DNA of 64,000 bases. Origin: an uncultured Gemmatimonadales bacterium. Its GTDB lineage: Bacteria; Gemmatimonadota; Gemmatimonadetes; Longimicrobiales; RSA9. Under the pieces are notes generated by a model. The model saw only the letters and a list, made by a program, of their open reading frames with translations. It was not told where the DNA came from and did not search any database. Shown one piece after another: positions 26,315 through 41,543 of the stretch. The position numbers and the translations under genes are program-made. Location: positions 736,001-800,000 of the forward strand of contig OY970192.1 of NCBI GenBank assembly GCA_963708135.1, read 5' to 3'. Position 1 is the first letter of the stretch. Each line of letters starts with the position of its first letter.

Positions 26315-28440
26315 CACGGGGTGTCCTTTCCACTGCCTGCTCTTCGGTGCGGCCTCTTTCGTCGCGCGCCGCGGCCACTTCCTGGAGGGCGTCCAGCACC
26401 TCCGGCAGCCGCACGATCTCCTCGAGTGGGTGGCGGGCCGTCCTTCTCCAGTTGGGGCGCTCGCGCCAGGTGCCGGGCGTGTTCTGGGGCTTCTCCTCGA
26501 GCCACAGGTCCTCGAGCGTGACGAGCACCATGCGGGCGGGGCCGCGCGCGAGCCAGCGCAGCAGGCCGCGCAGCACGCCTTCGGCCGTGGCGGGGCCGTC
26601 AAGGCAGCCATGTCCGGTCAAGAATCCTGCCAGCCGGGCGCGCAGCCGCTCGCGGGCGGCGCCCTCGACGCGCATGGCGTCGGTGGCGAGGAGGCCGAGG
26701 GCGCGGCGGTCCTCGAGGTCGAGGCCGGCCCAGAAGGCGGCGAAGGTCGGCATGTCATGGGTGTTCACGCCGGCCACGGCGCCGGGCGGGACGGCGTGCA
26801 TCGGCAGCGGCGCGTCGGGGCTGGCCTCGAACTGCACGATGAACATCCGGCGCACATCGCGGCGGCGCATCTCCCTGCGCACCACGGCGGGCACGGTGCC
26901 GAGGTCCTCCCCGACGACGGGGGTGCGGGCGCGGCGGGACTCGAGGCAGAGGACGGCGTAGAGCTCCTCGTGCGGGTAGCGGACGTAGACGCCGTCGGTG
27001 GCGGGCACGCCGCGCGGGACCCAGTAGAGGCGGTGCAGCGACATGACGTGGTCGAGGCGGAGCATCCCGGCGTGGCCCATGAGGGTGCGCAGCACGGCGC
27101 GGAAGTACGTGTAGCCGGCACGGCGCTGGGCGTGCGGGTTGAGCGGCGGAAAGCCCCAGTCCTGGCCGCCCGTGAAGAGGGGGTCGGGCGGGGCGCCGGC
27201 GGACGCGTCCTCGGCGAAGAGGGTGCGGTGCCGCCAGACATCGTAGCCGTCGCGGTGGACGCCGAGCGGGAGGTCGAGGTAGAGCGCCGCGCCGCCGGCA
27301 GCTTCCCCCCCGAGGCGCGCGAGCTGGCGGTCCGCCAGCCACTGCGCCAGCGCGTGCAGGCGGACGTCGGCCTCGTCGTAGGCGCCGGGCTCGAAGGTGC
27401 CGCCGCGGAGCCGCTCGGGCCAGAGCGGCCACGGCCGGGCGCGCCGCTCGGTCACGGCCATGAAGCGGGCAAAGTCCAGCGTCGCCGGCCGCTCGCGCAG
27501 GAACGCGCGGTAGTCATCGGAGCCGGGGCCGTCTCCATCGGGATCGAAGGCGCGGGCGAGCGGCTCGAGCAGGCGACGCCGCAGCGCGGCAGCCCGGCGG
27601 TAGTCCACGAGCGGCGCGTCCGCGAGCGCGGCGGTCGCGGCGCGGTACTCGGGCGAGGCCATGAGCTCCCGCGCCTCGGCGCAGTCCTCGAAGCCGGGCG
27701 CGGCGCGCGGGTCCACGTACAGCTCGTTCCAGAACAGGCGGCTGGCGGGCGCGTACGGGCTCGGCTCGAACGGCTCCTCGCCCAGGAACGAGGCGAGCAG
27801 CGGGAGCGTGCCCACGAGCGCCGCGCCCCGCCCGCCCGCCCACGCGGCGAGCGCCCGGAGGTCGGAGAAGTCCGCGATGCCCAGGCTCCGCTCCGTGCGC
27901 AGCGCGTGGAGCGGCAGGAAGATGCCCCAGTCGCGGCCGTGCGTGGCCCAGGCGCGGCGAGGGGCGGAGATCACGAGCGCTTCGTGGACGGCGCCGGCGG
28001 CCTCGACGCGCAGCCGGTGGTAGCCCTCCGGGAGCGGGGCGGGGAGATCCAGGCGGAGCGCAGCGCCGCCGCCGGCGTCCTGCGGCATCCGCTCGAGCGA
28101 GGCGCCGGCGCAGCGCCAGGCCGTCTCCTCGCCGTCCTCGCGGATGAGGGTGCAGTCCACGGCCCCGGCGGCGGGGAGGCGGAGCGCGACCGGTCCGGGC
28201 CGGCCGCCCCAGGCGACGATCACGGGCTCCATCCCGGCGTCGCGTCGCTCGGCCTCGTGGGCCGCGAGCCCGTCCGCGATGTCGGCGGCGCGCTCCACGG
28301 GCGCGCCGAGGGCGCGGAGCACCTGGAGGAGCACCTCCGGGTCGGCGGCGCGGCGTCGCCTGTCGATATCGTAGTAGGCGGTCTGCACGCCCCAGGCGCG
28401 GGCGAGCGCGTGCATTCCCGGGATGGCGCGGGGCACCGCC

Positions 28441-28448
<8 letters not shown>
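26307..28448 (-). CDS. malQ: 4-alpha-glucanotransferase (amylomaltase, GH77); start GTG 28448 or ATG 28415
   Basis: [52 protein letters not shown]. Confidence 0.93.
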
Positions 28449-31800
<3,352 letters not shown>

Positions 31801-31819
31801 TTCGCCTCCGTCGCCTCGT

Positions 31820-33823
31820 TCAGCCCTGCTCGACGCGGAAGATGTGCGCCGGCAGGAGGTGGGGGTTGAGCTGCACGAAGTTCCAGGCGCCGCTCCAGCT
31901 GTAGGCGGCGTCGGCGAGCAGGTCGTGCAGGCGGTAGGGGGCGCCGGGGTCGAGGCCGAGCTCGGCGAGCGGCAGCTCCAGGTTGGCGCTCTGGGTCCAC
32001 GCCGGGTCGAGGTTCACGACCACGAGGACGAGGTTGCCGGGGCCGCTCTCGTCCTCCCGCCGTGCCTGCTTGCTGTAGGCGATGAGCTGGTCGTTGTCCA
32101 CGCGGTGGAAGCGGAGCGAGCGGTCGGCCTGGAGCGCGGGATTCTCGCGCCGGATGACGTTCACGCGCGCGATGAGCTCCTGCAGGCCGTCGGGCCGGTC
32201 GAGCTCCCAGTCGCGGAGCTGGTACTTCTCCGAGTGCAGGTACTCCTCGCTGCCGGGGCGGAGCGGCTCATGCTCCATGAGCTCGAACGTGGGGCCGTAG
32301 ATGCCGTAATTCGCCCCCAGTGTGGCGGCCAGGATGAAGCGGGCGGCGAAGGTGGCGCGGTCCCCGGTCTGCAGCGCGGCCGTCAGGATGTCGGGCGTGT
32401 TGGGCCACAGGTTGGGCCGGAAGAAGTCGGCCACGGGCGGCGTGGTCAGCTCGGTGAAGTACTGCTCGAGCTCCCACTTCTCGTTGCGCCAGGCGAAGTA
32501 CGTGTAGGACTGTGTGAAGCCGAGCTTGGCCAGGCGGTACATGACCTTCGGCCGGGTGAACGCCTCGGACAGGAAGATGAGGCCCGGGTCGCGCTCCTTC
32601 AGCTCGGGCAGCAGCCAGGCCCAGAAGGGGAACGCCTTGGTGTGCGGGTTGTCCACGCGGAAGATGCGCACGCCCTGGTCCATCCAGAACTCGAAGACGC
32701 CGCGGAGCGCCTCCCAGAGCCCGCGCCAGTCCTCGGACTCGAAGTCGAAGGGGTAGATGTCCTGGTACTTCTTGGGCGGGTTCTCTGCGTACTGGATGGT
32801 GCCGTCGGCGCGGCTCCTGAACCACTCGGGGTGCTCGTGGACCCAGGGGTGGTCGGGCGCGGCCTGGAAGGCGATGTCGAGCGCGACCTCGAGGCCGTGC
32901 CTCGCCGCCTCGCCCAGCAGGTGGCGGAACTCCTCCAGCGTGCCGAGCGCCGGGTGCAGCGCCGTGTGGCCGCCCTCCTCGGCGCCGATCGCCCAGGGGC
33001 TGCCCACATCCCCCTGCACCGCCTCGACGCTGTTGTTCTTGCCCTTGCGGTAGCTCCGGCCGATCGGGTGGACGGGCGGCAGGTAGAGAATGTCGAAGCC
33101 CATGCCGGCCACGTACGGCAGGCGCGCCTCCACGTCCCGGAGGCTGCCGTGCTCCCCCGGGGAAGGCGACGCCGAGCGCGGAAACATCTCGTACCACGCG
33201 CCGCACCGGGCGCGCTCCCGGTCCACCCACACGCGCAGCACGCGGCCGTAGCGGCAGGCGCGGGCGCGGTCGGGGTGGGCGTCCATCAGGCCGAGGAGCC
33301 GCGTCTCCATGGCCGCGCGGGCGCGCGGCTCCTGTGCCCCGGCGGCGCGCAGCCGCCCGGCGTAGGCGCTTAGCGCGGCGGCGTCCTCGGCACTCGCGGC
33401 GGCGGCGCGGGAGGCGGCGGCGTCCACGAGGGCGGCGCCTCCGAGCAGCTCGACGGAGATGTCCTGCGCGGCATCGAGCTTCTTCTCGAGGTCGTGGCGC
33501 CAGGAGCCGAAGCGGTCGATCCAGCCCTCGACGGTGTACTCGTGCAGCCCGAGCGCCTCCACGGGGAAGGAGGCGCGCCAGCGGTCGTTCGGGAGCGGCT
33601 CCATTGGCGTCTCGCACCACTCTGCGGCGCCGGGCCCGCGGTGCAGCAGCACCGCGGAGACCGCATCGTGGCCGTCGGTGAAGGCGTCCGCCTCCACGAC
33701 GACGCGATCGCCCTCCGTGCGCTTGATCGGGAACCGGCCGCAGTCGACCTCCGGCGCCACCCCCTCGATCACGACCCTGCGTCGGCCGTCCTCCCCGCCC
33801 GTCGGCTGCTTGGTTTCCCGCAC
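31820..33823 (-). CDS. glgE: Alpha-1,4-glucan:maltose-1-phosphate maltosyltransferase
   Basis: [58 protein letters not shown]. Confidence 0.97.
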   Translation of the reverse strand: MRETKQPTGGEDGRRRVVIEGVAPEVDCGRFPIKRTEGDRVVVEADAFTDGHDAVSAVLLHRGPGAAEWCETPMEPLPNDRWRASFPVEALGLHEYTVEGWIDRFGSWRHDLEKKLDAAQDISVELLGGAALVDAAASRAAAASAEDAAALSAYAGRLRAAGAQEPRARAAMETRLLGLMDAHPDRARACRYGRVLRVWVDRERARCGAWYEMFPRSASPSPGEHGSLRDVEARLPYVAGMGFDILYLPPVHPIGRSYRKGKNNSVEAVQGDVGSPWAIGAEEGGHTALHPALGTLEEFRHLLGEAARHGLEVALDIAFQAAPDHPWVHEHPEWFRSRADGTIQYAENPPKKYQDIYPFDFESEDWRGLWEALRGVFEFWMDQGVRIFRVDNPHTKAFPFWAWLLPELKERDPGLIFLSEAFTRPKVMYRLAKLGFTQSYTYFAWRNEKWELEQYFTELTTPPVADFFRPNLWPNTPDILTAALQTGDRATFAARFILAATLGANYGIYGPTFELMEHEPLRPGSEEYLHSEKYQLRDWELDRPDGLQELIARVNVIRRENPALQADRSLRFHRVDNDQLIAYSKQARREDESGPGNLVLVVVNLDPAWTQSANLELPLAELGLDPGAPYRLHDLLADAAYSWSGAWNFVQLNPHLLPAHIFRVEQG

Positions 33824-34111
33824 GCTCCTCCCTCGGCTGGTGGTGTTCCAGGTGACTCATCCAGGGCGTCCGCCGGAGGGCGCCGGCATGCAAGAATCCA
33901 TCCTCCGCCCGCCCCCGCGAGGCGCTCGCCGCACCGCCCGCGCGGGGCGGCGGCGGGCCGGGATGCGCCCGTCGAGCCAACGTTCCGACACCGTAAACTG
34001 TACTCTTCCTTCTGGAAGAACAAATCGGGGCCCCCGCGGGTTCTACGGGGGCCCATCGGCCGTGGTCGCGAGTGGCCCGGCCGGCCCGGTTCCCCCCGAA
34101 GCCCCGGATCG

Positions 34112-35560
34112 ATGCCGAACGCAGCGCGGAACGTACTGGCCCTGGTGCTGGCTCTCCCCACGGCGGCGGCGGCGCAGAAGCCGCCGGCGGACACGCTGCC
34201 CCTGACGCTGGAGTCGGCGGTGGTGCGCGCGCTCAGGGCGGGCGACGAGGCGCGGCTGGCGGGCGCGCAGGTGGACCTGGCGGGGGCGCAGATGGCGGCG
34301 GCGCGCTCTCAGGTGCTGCCGCAGCTGCGGATGAGCGGCGCCTACAACCACGTCGTCGAGAGCGCGCGTGGGCAGGCAGTGGGCTCGATCTTCAACCAGC
34401 CGAACACGTACAACTCCTACGTGAACCTGTCGCAGCCGATCTTCCAGGGCGGGCGCGCGATCGCCGGGTGGAAGGCGGGCTCGAAGCTGCTGCACGCGGC
34501 GGAGCTGAGCAGCCGGGAGACGGCGGCGGACGTCGCGATGAGCGTGGTGCAGGCCTACCTGCAGGCGGGGCTCGCGGAGCAGCTGCTGGCCATCCAGGAC
34601 ACGAACTACACGCTGGCGTCGGCGCGCGTGAAGCAGGTCGAGGCGTTCGAGAAGGCGGGACGCGCGGCGCACTACGACGTGTTGCGCGCGCGGGTGGAGC
34701 AGGCCAACATCGAGCCGTTGCTGATCCAGTCGCGCAGCGACCGGGACCTGGCGCTGCTCGAGCTCGAGCGGCTGCTCAACCTGCCGGCGGGGACGCCGCT
34801 CGCGCTGACGACCACGGTCGATCCCGACGACGTGGCGGCGCTGGCGGCGCGGATTTCGGACGAGGGCGGGCAGGGGCAGGAGCGGTCGGCACTCAAGGCC
34901 GCGGAGCTGACGGCGCGGGCGAAGCACGACGCGATCGGCGTGGCGCGGGCGGATCTGCTGCCGACGATCTCGGTCTTCTTCCAGACCGGGTACCAGGCCT
35001 ACCCGCTCGGCTACACCTTCCCGACCGCGCGCGGACAGCTGGCCGTGGTGGACTGCCCGGATGGCTCGACGCCCGGCCGGGTATGCACGCAGCAGAACGG
35101 CGGCTGGTTCAGCGACCGGTCGTTCGGCCTGCAGATGAGCTGGCCGCTGTTCGATGGGCTGCACACGAAGGCGAACATCGACGTGGCACAGGCGGAGGCG
35201 AGGATCGCCGACCTCCAGCTCGCGCAGGAGCGCGAGAGCGTCGCCCTCCAGGTGGCGCAGGCGCGCGCGGAGTTCGAGCGCGCGCAGTCGCTCTTCGCGG
35301 CCCGGCGCGAGAACGCGGACGAGGCGCTGGAGGCGTTCCGGCTGGCCTCGCTGCGCTACCAGCGCGGGCTCAGCACGCAGCTCGAGGTCTCGGACGCGCA
35401 GGTGGCGCTCATGACCGCGCGCACCAACGCGGCGCAGGCCACGCACGACCTGTATCTGGCGGCGGCGGGCGTGGCCCGCGCGCTGGGCCGGCCGATCCCG
35501 CTTCCGGACGGCAGCCCGCTTCCCACGGAACTCGAACCGAGGTCGAACGGCGGTGAATAG
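34112..35560 (+). CDS. TolC family outer membrane efflux protein
   Basis: Signal peptide, SQPIFQGG, WPLFDG, RYQRGLSTQLEVSDAQ; first gene of an RND operon. Confidence 0.9.
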   Translation: MPNAARNVLALVLALPTAAAAQKPPADTLPLTLESAVVRALRAGDEARLAGAQVDLAGAQMAAARSQVLPQLRMSGAYNHVVESARGQAVGSIFNQPNTYNSYVNLSQPIFQGGRAIAGWKAGSKLLHAAELSSRETAADVAMSVVQAYLQAGLAEQLLAIQDTNYTLASARVKQVEAFEKAGRAAHYDVLRARVEQANIEPLLIQSRSDRDLALLELERLLNLPAGTPLALTTTVDPDDVAALAARISDEGGQGQERSALKAAELTARAKHDAIGVARADLLPTISVFFQTGYQAYPLGYTFPTARGQLAVVDCPDGSTPGRVCTQQNGGWFSDRSFGLQMSWPLFDGLHTKANIDVAQAEARIADLQLAQERESVALQVAQARAEFERAQSLFAARRENADEALEAFRLASLRYQRGLSTQLEVSDAQVALMTARTNAAQATHDLYLAAAGVARALGRPIPLPDGSPLPTELEPRSNGGE

Positions 35561-36929
35561 AACACGCACCCTGGCGGCAGGCGCCGCCCTCTCGCTGGTC
35601 TGGCTGGCGGCGGCGTGCTCGGGCGGAGCCGACGGCGCGCCGGCGGCGGGGGGCCCCGGCGGCGCGCCGGCGGCCGGCGCGGCGGGGCCCGGCGGCGCGG
35701 CCTCGAGCCCGATGGTGACGCTGGCGTCCACGGACGTGCTGACGCTGCACCCGATGGCGCTCTCGGAGTCCACCCCGGTGACGGGGAACCTCGTGCCGGT
35801 GGACCAGGCGGAGCTGCGGGCGCGGCTGGAAGGCGACCTGGTGGCGGTGGGCGTGCGCGAGGGCCAGCACGTGCGCGCGGGCGAGGTGCTCGCGCGCTTC
35901 GAGGACAGCGCGCAGCAGAGCGCGCTGCGGAGCGCCGAGGCGGGCGTGGCCGCGGCGCGCACCGACGTCTCCACGGCGCAGTGGACGCTGGATCAGACGA
36001 AGAGCCTCTACGAGCAGGGCGCGGTGGCCGAGCAGGACCTGCGCGGCGCGGAGCAGCAGGCGGCGGCGGCGCGCGCGCGGCTGGCCGCGGCGGTCGCGGC
36101 GCAGCGCGCGGCCGAGCTCACGGCCCGCGACACGCGCGTGACGGCGCCATTCGACGGCGTGATCGACAAGCGCGACGTGAACGCGGGCGAGCACGTGGCG
36201 CGTGGTGGCGCGCTGTTCACGATCGTGCGCAACCAGGTGCTCGAGCTGACGGCGTCCGTGCCCGCGCGGCGGGCGCAGGGGGTCGAGCCGGGGCAGCAGG
36301 TGCAGTTCACGGCCGACGCGGCGGCCTTCCAGGGGCACGTGGCGCGGGTGAGTCCGACCATCGACCCGACGACGCGCTCCGTCACGGTGTACGTGGAGGT
36401 GCCGAACCCGGACGGCCGGATCAAGGGCGGCACGTTCGCCACGGGGCGAATCGTGCGACGGGTGATCCAGGGTGCGCTGGCGGTGCCGACCTCCGCCGTG
36501 CACCAGGCGCCGGGGACGGGGCAGACGTTCGTGTACCGGGTGGCGGGCGAGGTGCTGGACGAGACCCCCATCACGCTGGGCGCGGTGGACGAGGCGCAGG
36601 AGATGGTGCAGGTGGCGGCGGGACTGCACGACGGCGACCAGGTGGTGATCGGCAACGTGGGCATGCTGGGCAAGGGCATGCGGGTGCAGGTGCTCGGCAC
36701 CGAGAGCCGGACGGGCATGGGCGCCGGCAACGCCCCGGCGCCCGCGGCGGATGATCCGCCGGCTCCGGCGGGCGCGAATGCGGCGGGGGCCGGCGCCGGG
36801 CGGCCGCGCTCCGCGGCGGGAGGGAGCGCGCCGGCGGGGGCGGGCAAGAAGGCGGCCGGCACGTCGGCGGCGGGCGGCGCGCCGCGCCCGGCCAGCGGGC
36901 CGGGCCACCTGGCTCCGGAAAGGAACTGA
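35553..36929 (+). CDS. RND efflux periplasmic adaptor (lipoprotein)
   Basis: Lipobox AAAC, VREGQHV..GEVLA, VTAPFDGVI, PTIDPTTRS. Confidence 0.92.
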   Translation: MNRTRTLAAGAALSLVWLAAACSGGADGAPAAGGPGGAPAAGAAGPGGAASSPMVTLASTDVLTLHPMALSESTPVTGNLVPVDQAELRARLEGDLVAVGVREGQHVRAGEVLARFEDSAQQSALRSAEAGVAAARTDVSTAQWTLDQTKSLYEQGAVAEQDLRGAEQQAAAARARLAAAVAAQRAAELTARDTRVTAPFDGVIDKRDVNAGEHVARGGALFTIVRNQVLELTASVPARRAQGVEPGQQVQFTADAAAFQGHVARVSPTIDPTTRSVTVYVEVPNPDGRIKGGTFATGRIVRRVIQGALAVPTSAVHQAPGTGQTFVYRVAGEVLDETPITLGAVDEAQEMVQVAAGLHDGDQVVIGNVGMLGKGMRVQVLGTESRTGMGAGNAPAPAADDPPAPAGANAAGAGAGRPRSAAGGSAPAGAGKKAAGTSAAGGAPRPASGPGHLAPERN

Positions 36930-36932
36930 GCG

Positions 36933-39900
36933 ATGTTCCTCTCGGACGTCTCCATCAAGCGGCCGGTCTTCGCGACCATGATGATGCTGGCGCTGGTGGT
37001 GCTCGGCGTGGTGGCGTACAACCGGCTCGGGATCGACGAGTACCCGGACGTGACCTACCCGGTGGTGATCGTGCAGACCACGTATCCGGGAGCGTCGGCG
37101 GAGGTGATGGAGCGCGACGTCTCGCGCCCGGTCGAGGAGGCGCTGAACACGGTCCAGGGGGTGAAGGAGCTGACCTCGACGTCCATGGAGGGCAGCTCGA
37201 TGGTGCGGCTGCAGCTCAACCTGGGCGTGGACGTGAACACGGCGCAGCAGGACGTTCAGGCCAAGGTGGCGGCGATCCGGCGGGGGCTGCCCAAGGACAT
37301 CGACGAGCCGATCGTGCGCCACTTCGACCCGAACGACCGGCCGATCGTGTCGGTGGCGGTGGAGAGCGGGGAGCGCCCGATCCGCGATCTGACCGACCTG
37401 GCCAACGAGGTGATCGCGCCGCGGCTCGAGGCGGTCGAGGGCGTGGGCGAGGTGAACGTGGTGGGCGGGCAGGCGCGCCAGATCCGGGTGCAGCTCGACC
37501 CATCCGCGATGCGCGCCTACGGCGTCACGGTGCCGGAGGTCGTGGGCGCGCTGCAGCGGGAGAACCAGGAAGTGCCGGCGGGGCGGGTCGAGCGCGGCGA
37601 GTCGGAGCGGCTGGTGCGCGTGACCGGGCGGGTCACGGACCCGCGCGCGTTCGCGAAGATCGTGGTGGGCGCGCGCAACGGCGTGCCGATCCGGATCGGC
37701 GACCTGGCCACGGTCGTGGATGGGGCGCAGGACCAGCGCAGCGCGGCGCTCATGAACGGGACGCCGGCCGTCTCGCTGGACATCCTGAAGGTCTCGGGCG
37801 CCAACACCGTGGCGGTGGCGGACTCGCTCAAGGCGGCGGTGGCGAACGTGCAGGAGCAGCTTCCGCAGGACGTGCGGCTGTCGGTGATCCGGGACGACTC
37901 CGAAAGCATCCGCGAGTCGGTGGCGGACGTGAAGCTGACGATCCTGCTGGGCGCGATCCTGACGATCGCGGTGATCTACCTGTTCCTGAACTCGTGGCGC
38001 TCCACGGTCATCACGGGGCTCACGCTGCCGGTGAGCATCATCTCGGCGTTCTTCATCATGTGGGTGTTCCATTTCACCGTGAACACCATGACGCTGATGG
38101 CGCTCTCGCTGGCGATCGGGCTCCTGATCGACGACGCGATCGTGGTCCGCGAGAACATCGTCCGGCACGTGGAGATGGGGAAGGACCACTACCGCGCGGC
38201 CAAGGAGGGGACCAGCGAGATCGGCCTCGCCGTGCTGTCCACCTCGCTGGCCGTGGTGGCGGTGTTCCTGCCCGTGGCGTTCATGGGCGGGATGATCGGC
38301 AAGATCTTCATGCAGTTCGGCGTGACGGTGGCGTTCGCGGTGCTGGTCTCGCTGTTCGTCTCCTTCACGCTGGACCCGATGCTGTCGAGCGTGTGGCCGG
38401 ACCCCGACATCGAGCACGGCGGCGCGCGCCGGGATGGGCGGCGGCTGGGCCCGGTACGCCGCTTCACGCGCGCCTTCAACGACCGCTTCGAGGCGGTGGC
38501 GGACCGCTATCCGTCGTGGCTGGAGTGGGCGCTGAGGCACCGGTGGAAGGTGATCGGCGGCGCGGTGGCATTGGTCGTCCTGGCCTTCATCATCATCCCG
38601 CGGCTGGGGTTCACGTGGATGCCGGAAGCGGACTCGGACTCCTTCGACGTGAGCTTCAAGACGCAGCCGGGCTCGAACCTCGACTACTCGGTGGAGAAGG
38701 GGCGGGAGATCGCGCAGTTCCTGCGCGAGCAGCCGGACGTCAGCTTCACCTACCTGTCGGTGGGCGGCGGCTTCCGCGGCACCGTGAACGGCGGCCGCGT
38801 GATGGTGAAGCTGAAGCCCAAGGCCGAGCGCAAGCTCACGGTCTTCCAGATCGAGGACGAGCTGCGCGGCAAGCTCCGGCTGCTGCCGGGCGTGCGCCCG
38901 ACGATCACGCCCGAGCACAGCATCTTCGGTGGCTACCACCAGCCGATCGTCGTCAACGTGCAGGGCCCGGAGGCCACGCGGCTCAAGATCGCCGCGGACC
39001 AGGTGCTGGCGGCGATGAAGCGGATCCCCGGCGTCGCGGAGCCGAACTCGAGCAACGACGGCCAGGTCCCGGAGCTGGATGTGAACGTGGATCGCAACCA
39101 GGCATGGGCCGCCGGCGTCAGCATCGAAGGGATCGCGACCACGCTGCAGCCGCTCTTCGCGGGCCAGCGGGCCACGCAGTGGGAGGACCCGCTCGGCTAC
39201 TCGCACGACGTGCTCGTGGTCTACCCGGACTCCATGCGCACCTCGCCGACCGACGTCTCCGACATCCCCGTGCCGACGGCGACGACGACCGCGTCCGGCG
39301 CGACCGCAACCGTGCCGCTCTCGCAGGTGGCCGACATCCGCGCCGGACTCGGGCCGCAGACGATCGAGCGGCGAGCGCTCGAGCTGCAGACCTCCATCTC
39401 GGCGGGCGTGCTCCCCGGCTACACGGTCAGCGACGTGGTGAACTCCGTGAAGGCGGCCATCGACTCGATCGGCCTGCCGCCCGGCTATCACACCGTGTTC
39501 ACCGGCGACGCGCAGAACATCGAGGAGACCAAGGGCTACGTGGCCGAAGCGCTGGTCCTCGCGGTGGTGTTCATCTACCTGATCCTGGCCTCGCTCTTCG
39601 GCTCCTTCGTCCAGCCCGTGGCCATCATGCTGGCGCTGCCGCTGAGCCTGATCGGCGTTGCGCTCGCGCTGCTCGTGACGCACGGCAACCTCAACGTGAT
39701 GAGCATGATCGGCGTCATCATGCTCATGGGGCTGGTCACCAAGAACGGCATCCTGCTCGTGGACTTCACCAACCAGGAGCGCGCGCGCGGGCTCGACCGC
39801 ACCGCCGCCCTGCTCGCCGCCGGCCGCATCCGCCTGCGCCCGATCATCATGACCACCATGTCCATGATCTTCGGCATGATGCCGCTGGCCTTCGCCATCG

Positions 39901-40109
39901 GCCAGGGCGCCGAGCAGCGCGCGCCCATGGCCCGCGCGGTCATCGGGGGACTGCTCACCTCAACCCTGCTGACGCTGTTCGTCGTGCCCGTCGTCTACAC
40001 GCTGCTCGACGACCTCGGCGCACTCACCGCGCGCGCCCGCAGGGCGGCGCCGGCGGGCGCGCCGGATGGCGTGCCGCACACGGTGCCGCAGACCGTGCCG
40101 GGCGACTGA
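36933..40109 (+). CDS. AcrB/AcrD/AcrF family RND transporter
   Basis: SIKRPVFA, IGLLIDDAIVVRENI, GLVTKNGILLVDF, RLRPIIMT; 1058 aa. Confidence 0.96.
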   Translation: MFLSDVSIKRPVFATMMMLALVVLGVVAYNRLGIDEYPDVTYPVVIVQTTYPGASAEVMERDVSRPVEEALNTVQGVKELTSTSMEGSSMVRLQLNLGVDVNTAQQDVQAKVAAIRRGLPKDIDEPIVRHFDPNDRPIVSVAVESGERPIRDLTDLANEVIAPRLEAVEGVGEVNVVGGQARQIRVQLDPSAMRAYGVTVPEVVGALQRENQEVPAGRVERGESERLVRVTGRVTDPRAFAKIVVGARNGVPIRIGDLATVVDGAQDQRSAALMNGTPAVSLDILKVSGANTVAVADSLKAAVANVQEQLPQDVRLSVIRDDSESIRESVADVKLTILLGAILTIAVIYLFLNSWRSTVITGLTLPVSIISAFFIMWVFHFTVNTMTLMALSLAIGLLIDDAIVVRENIVRHVEMGKDHYRAAKEGTSEIGLAVLSTSLAVVAVFLPVAFMGGMIGKIFMQFGVTVAFAVLVSLFVSFTLDPMLSSVWPDPDIEHGGARRDGRRLGPVRRFTRAFNDRFEAVADRYPSWLEWALRHRWKVIGGAVALVVLAFIIIPRLGFTWMPEADSDSFDVSFKTQPGSNLDYSVEKGREIAQFLREQPDVSFTYLSVGGGFRGTVNGGRVMVKLKPKAERKLTVFQIEDELRGKLRLLPGVRPTITPEHSIFGGYHQPIVVNVQGPEATRLKIAADQVLAAMKRIPGVAEPNSSNDGQVPELDVNVDRNQAWAAGVSIEGIATTLQPLFAGQRATQWEDPLGYSHDVLVVYPDSMRTSPTDVSDIPVPTATTTASGATATVPLSQVADIRAGLGPQTIERRALELQTSISAGVLPGYTVSDVVNSVKAAIDSIGLPPGYHTVFTGDAQNIEETKGYVAEALVLAVVFIYLILASLFGSFVQPVAIMLALPLSLIGVALALLVTHGNLNVMSMIGVIMLMGLVTKNGILLVDFTNQERARGLDRTAALLAAGRIRLRPIIMTTMSMIFGMMPLAFAIGQGAEQRAPMARAVIGGLLTSTLLTLFVVPVVYTLLDDLGALTARARRAAPAGAPDGVPHTVPQTVPGD

Positions 40110-40268
40110 GCGGCCGCGGCGCGGCCCGCCCCGGCGGGCCAGCGGCGCGAAATTGCGGCCTTGTGTCCGGTTCTTGCATGAGCGCCCGGATTCGGCTGCC
40201 GCGCGGCGGACGGGATCGTGCGCGGCCATGCAGCAACAACGCGAACCGCAGCACTTGGAGGAACCGAC

Positions 40269-40478
40269 ATGCGTAGCTCCAAGCTTCTCGCCCTGCTGGC
40301 CGTTGCCGCGTTCGCCACCGCCTGCGGCGGGGGCAACAACGCAGACAACCAGATGAACGCGGATACGACGACGATGCCGGCCGCCGCGCCGGCGCCGGCG
40401 GACACGGGAATGATGCCCGCGTCCACGGACACGATGGGCATGGACACGACCATGACGACCACGTCGTCGATGGACTAG
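40269..40478 (+). CDS. Small Met/Thr/Asp-rich lipoprotein
   Basis: GGAGG RBS, signal ending FATAC, low-complexity tail, downstream hairpin. Confidence 0.75.
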   Translation: MRSSKLLALLAVAAFATACGGGNNADNQMNADTTTMPAAAPAPADTGMMPASTDTMGMDTTMTTTSSMD

Positions 40479-40519
40479 TCCGGAGTACGGTCCACCAGCC
40501 CTGGGCGGTTGTGGAGAAC

Positions 40520-40558
40520 GGCGCCGCGCGCGGTCCGAGGACCGGGCGCGGCGCCTTT
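40520..40558 (+). terminator. Putative intrinsic terminator
   Basis: GGCGCCGCGC..GGTCC-GA-GGACC..GCGCGGCGCC followed by TTT. Confidence 0.6.
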
Positions 40559-40593
40559 GCGATGGGTGCCGAGGTGTGCCGCGCGGCGCGGCC

Positions 40594-41532
40594 TTAGCCC
40601 TCCATCGCCCGCGCGGGCCGCGGCGCCGGCTCGGCGGACTCGCCGGTGTAGCCGCCGGCCACGCCGCCGACGACGAGAGCGAGGCCGACCCAGCCGCCGG
40701 GGGTGAGCGCCTGGCCGAAGAGGGCGAGGGCCAGGAGCGTGCCGACCACGGGCTCGACGCTGGCGGCGACGGCGGCGGGCGCGGCGTCGATGCGTTGCAC
40801 GCCGGCGAAGAAGAAGAAGTTCGCGAGCACCACGGCGCCGAGGCCGAGGGCGCCGATGTAGAGCCAGCCGGCCAGGTCGTGGGCGGGCTCGATGGGATGC
40901 CCGGCCGCGGGGAGCGCGACCGCGAGCAGCGCGACGCCGCCGAGCAGCTCCCAGAAGAGCACCTTCACGGAGCCGTAGCGCGGCACGGCCCAGCGGGCCA
41001 TGAGCGTGCTGCCGGCGTAGCCCGCGGCGGAGAGCAGCCCGCCGATGATGCCGAGCGCGCGGCTCGAGCCGGCGCCCGCGGACTCGGCGCCGGCGGCGCC
41101 GCCGCGTACGGTGAGCGCAACGCCCACCATGACGAGCGCCGCGAGCACGATCCGCTTCGGCGTGAGCGCCTCCCCCAGCAGCGGCCGCGCGAGCAGCGCC
41201 ACGAGCACCGGTGCGGTGTAGAGCAGCGCCACCGCGGGCGCGACCCCGACGCCGGCGATCGCGTACTGGTACGCCACCTCGAAGAGGGCGACGAGCGCGC
41301 CGCCGATCACGCCCACGACCACGAGCCCGCGCCGGTCGATGCGGAAGAGGTCGGACCGGAACGCGCCGTAGCAGAGGAAGCCGAGCACCGCGAGCAGCAC
41401 GCGCCAGAAGCCGACGGAGGTGAGCTGCGCGCCGTCGCTGTAGAGGGCGGTGCTGAGCGGGCCGGTAGTGCCCCAGAGGGCGCCGGCCGCGAGGGCGAAG
41501 AGATAGCCGGTGAGGCGGGGGCGGCGGGACAT
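40594..41532 (-). CDS. DMT/EamA family transporter
   Basis: ~10 TM helices, ALWGT, LLYTAP, EPVVGTLLA..GQ. Confidence 0.9.
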   Translation of the reverse strand: MSRRPRLTGYLFALAAGALWGTTGPLSTALYSDGAQLTSVGFWRVLLAVLGFLCYGAFRSDLFRIDRRGLVVVGVIGGALVALFEVAYQYAIAGVGVAPAVALLYTAPVLVALLARPLLGEALTPKRIVLAALVMVGVALTVRGGAAGAESAGAGSSRALGIIGGLLSAAGYAGSTLMARWAVPRYGSVKVLFWELLGGVALLAVALPAAGHPIEPAHDLAGWLYIGALGLGAVVLANFFFFAGVQRIDAAPAAVAASVEPVVGTLLALALFGQALTPGGWVGLALVVGGVAGGYTGESAEPAPRPARAMEG

Positions 41533-41543
41533 GCTCGGGGCTC

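Noticed and set aside
35409..39683. 1424-aa antisense ORF and many other long overlapping ORFs
   Set aside because: Shadow ORFs expected from high-GC codon bias opposite well-supported genes; no recognisable motifs.
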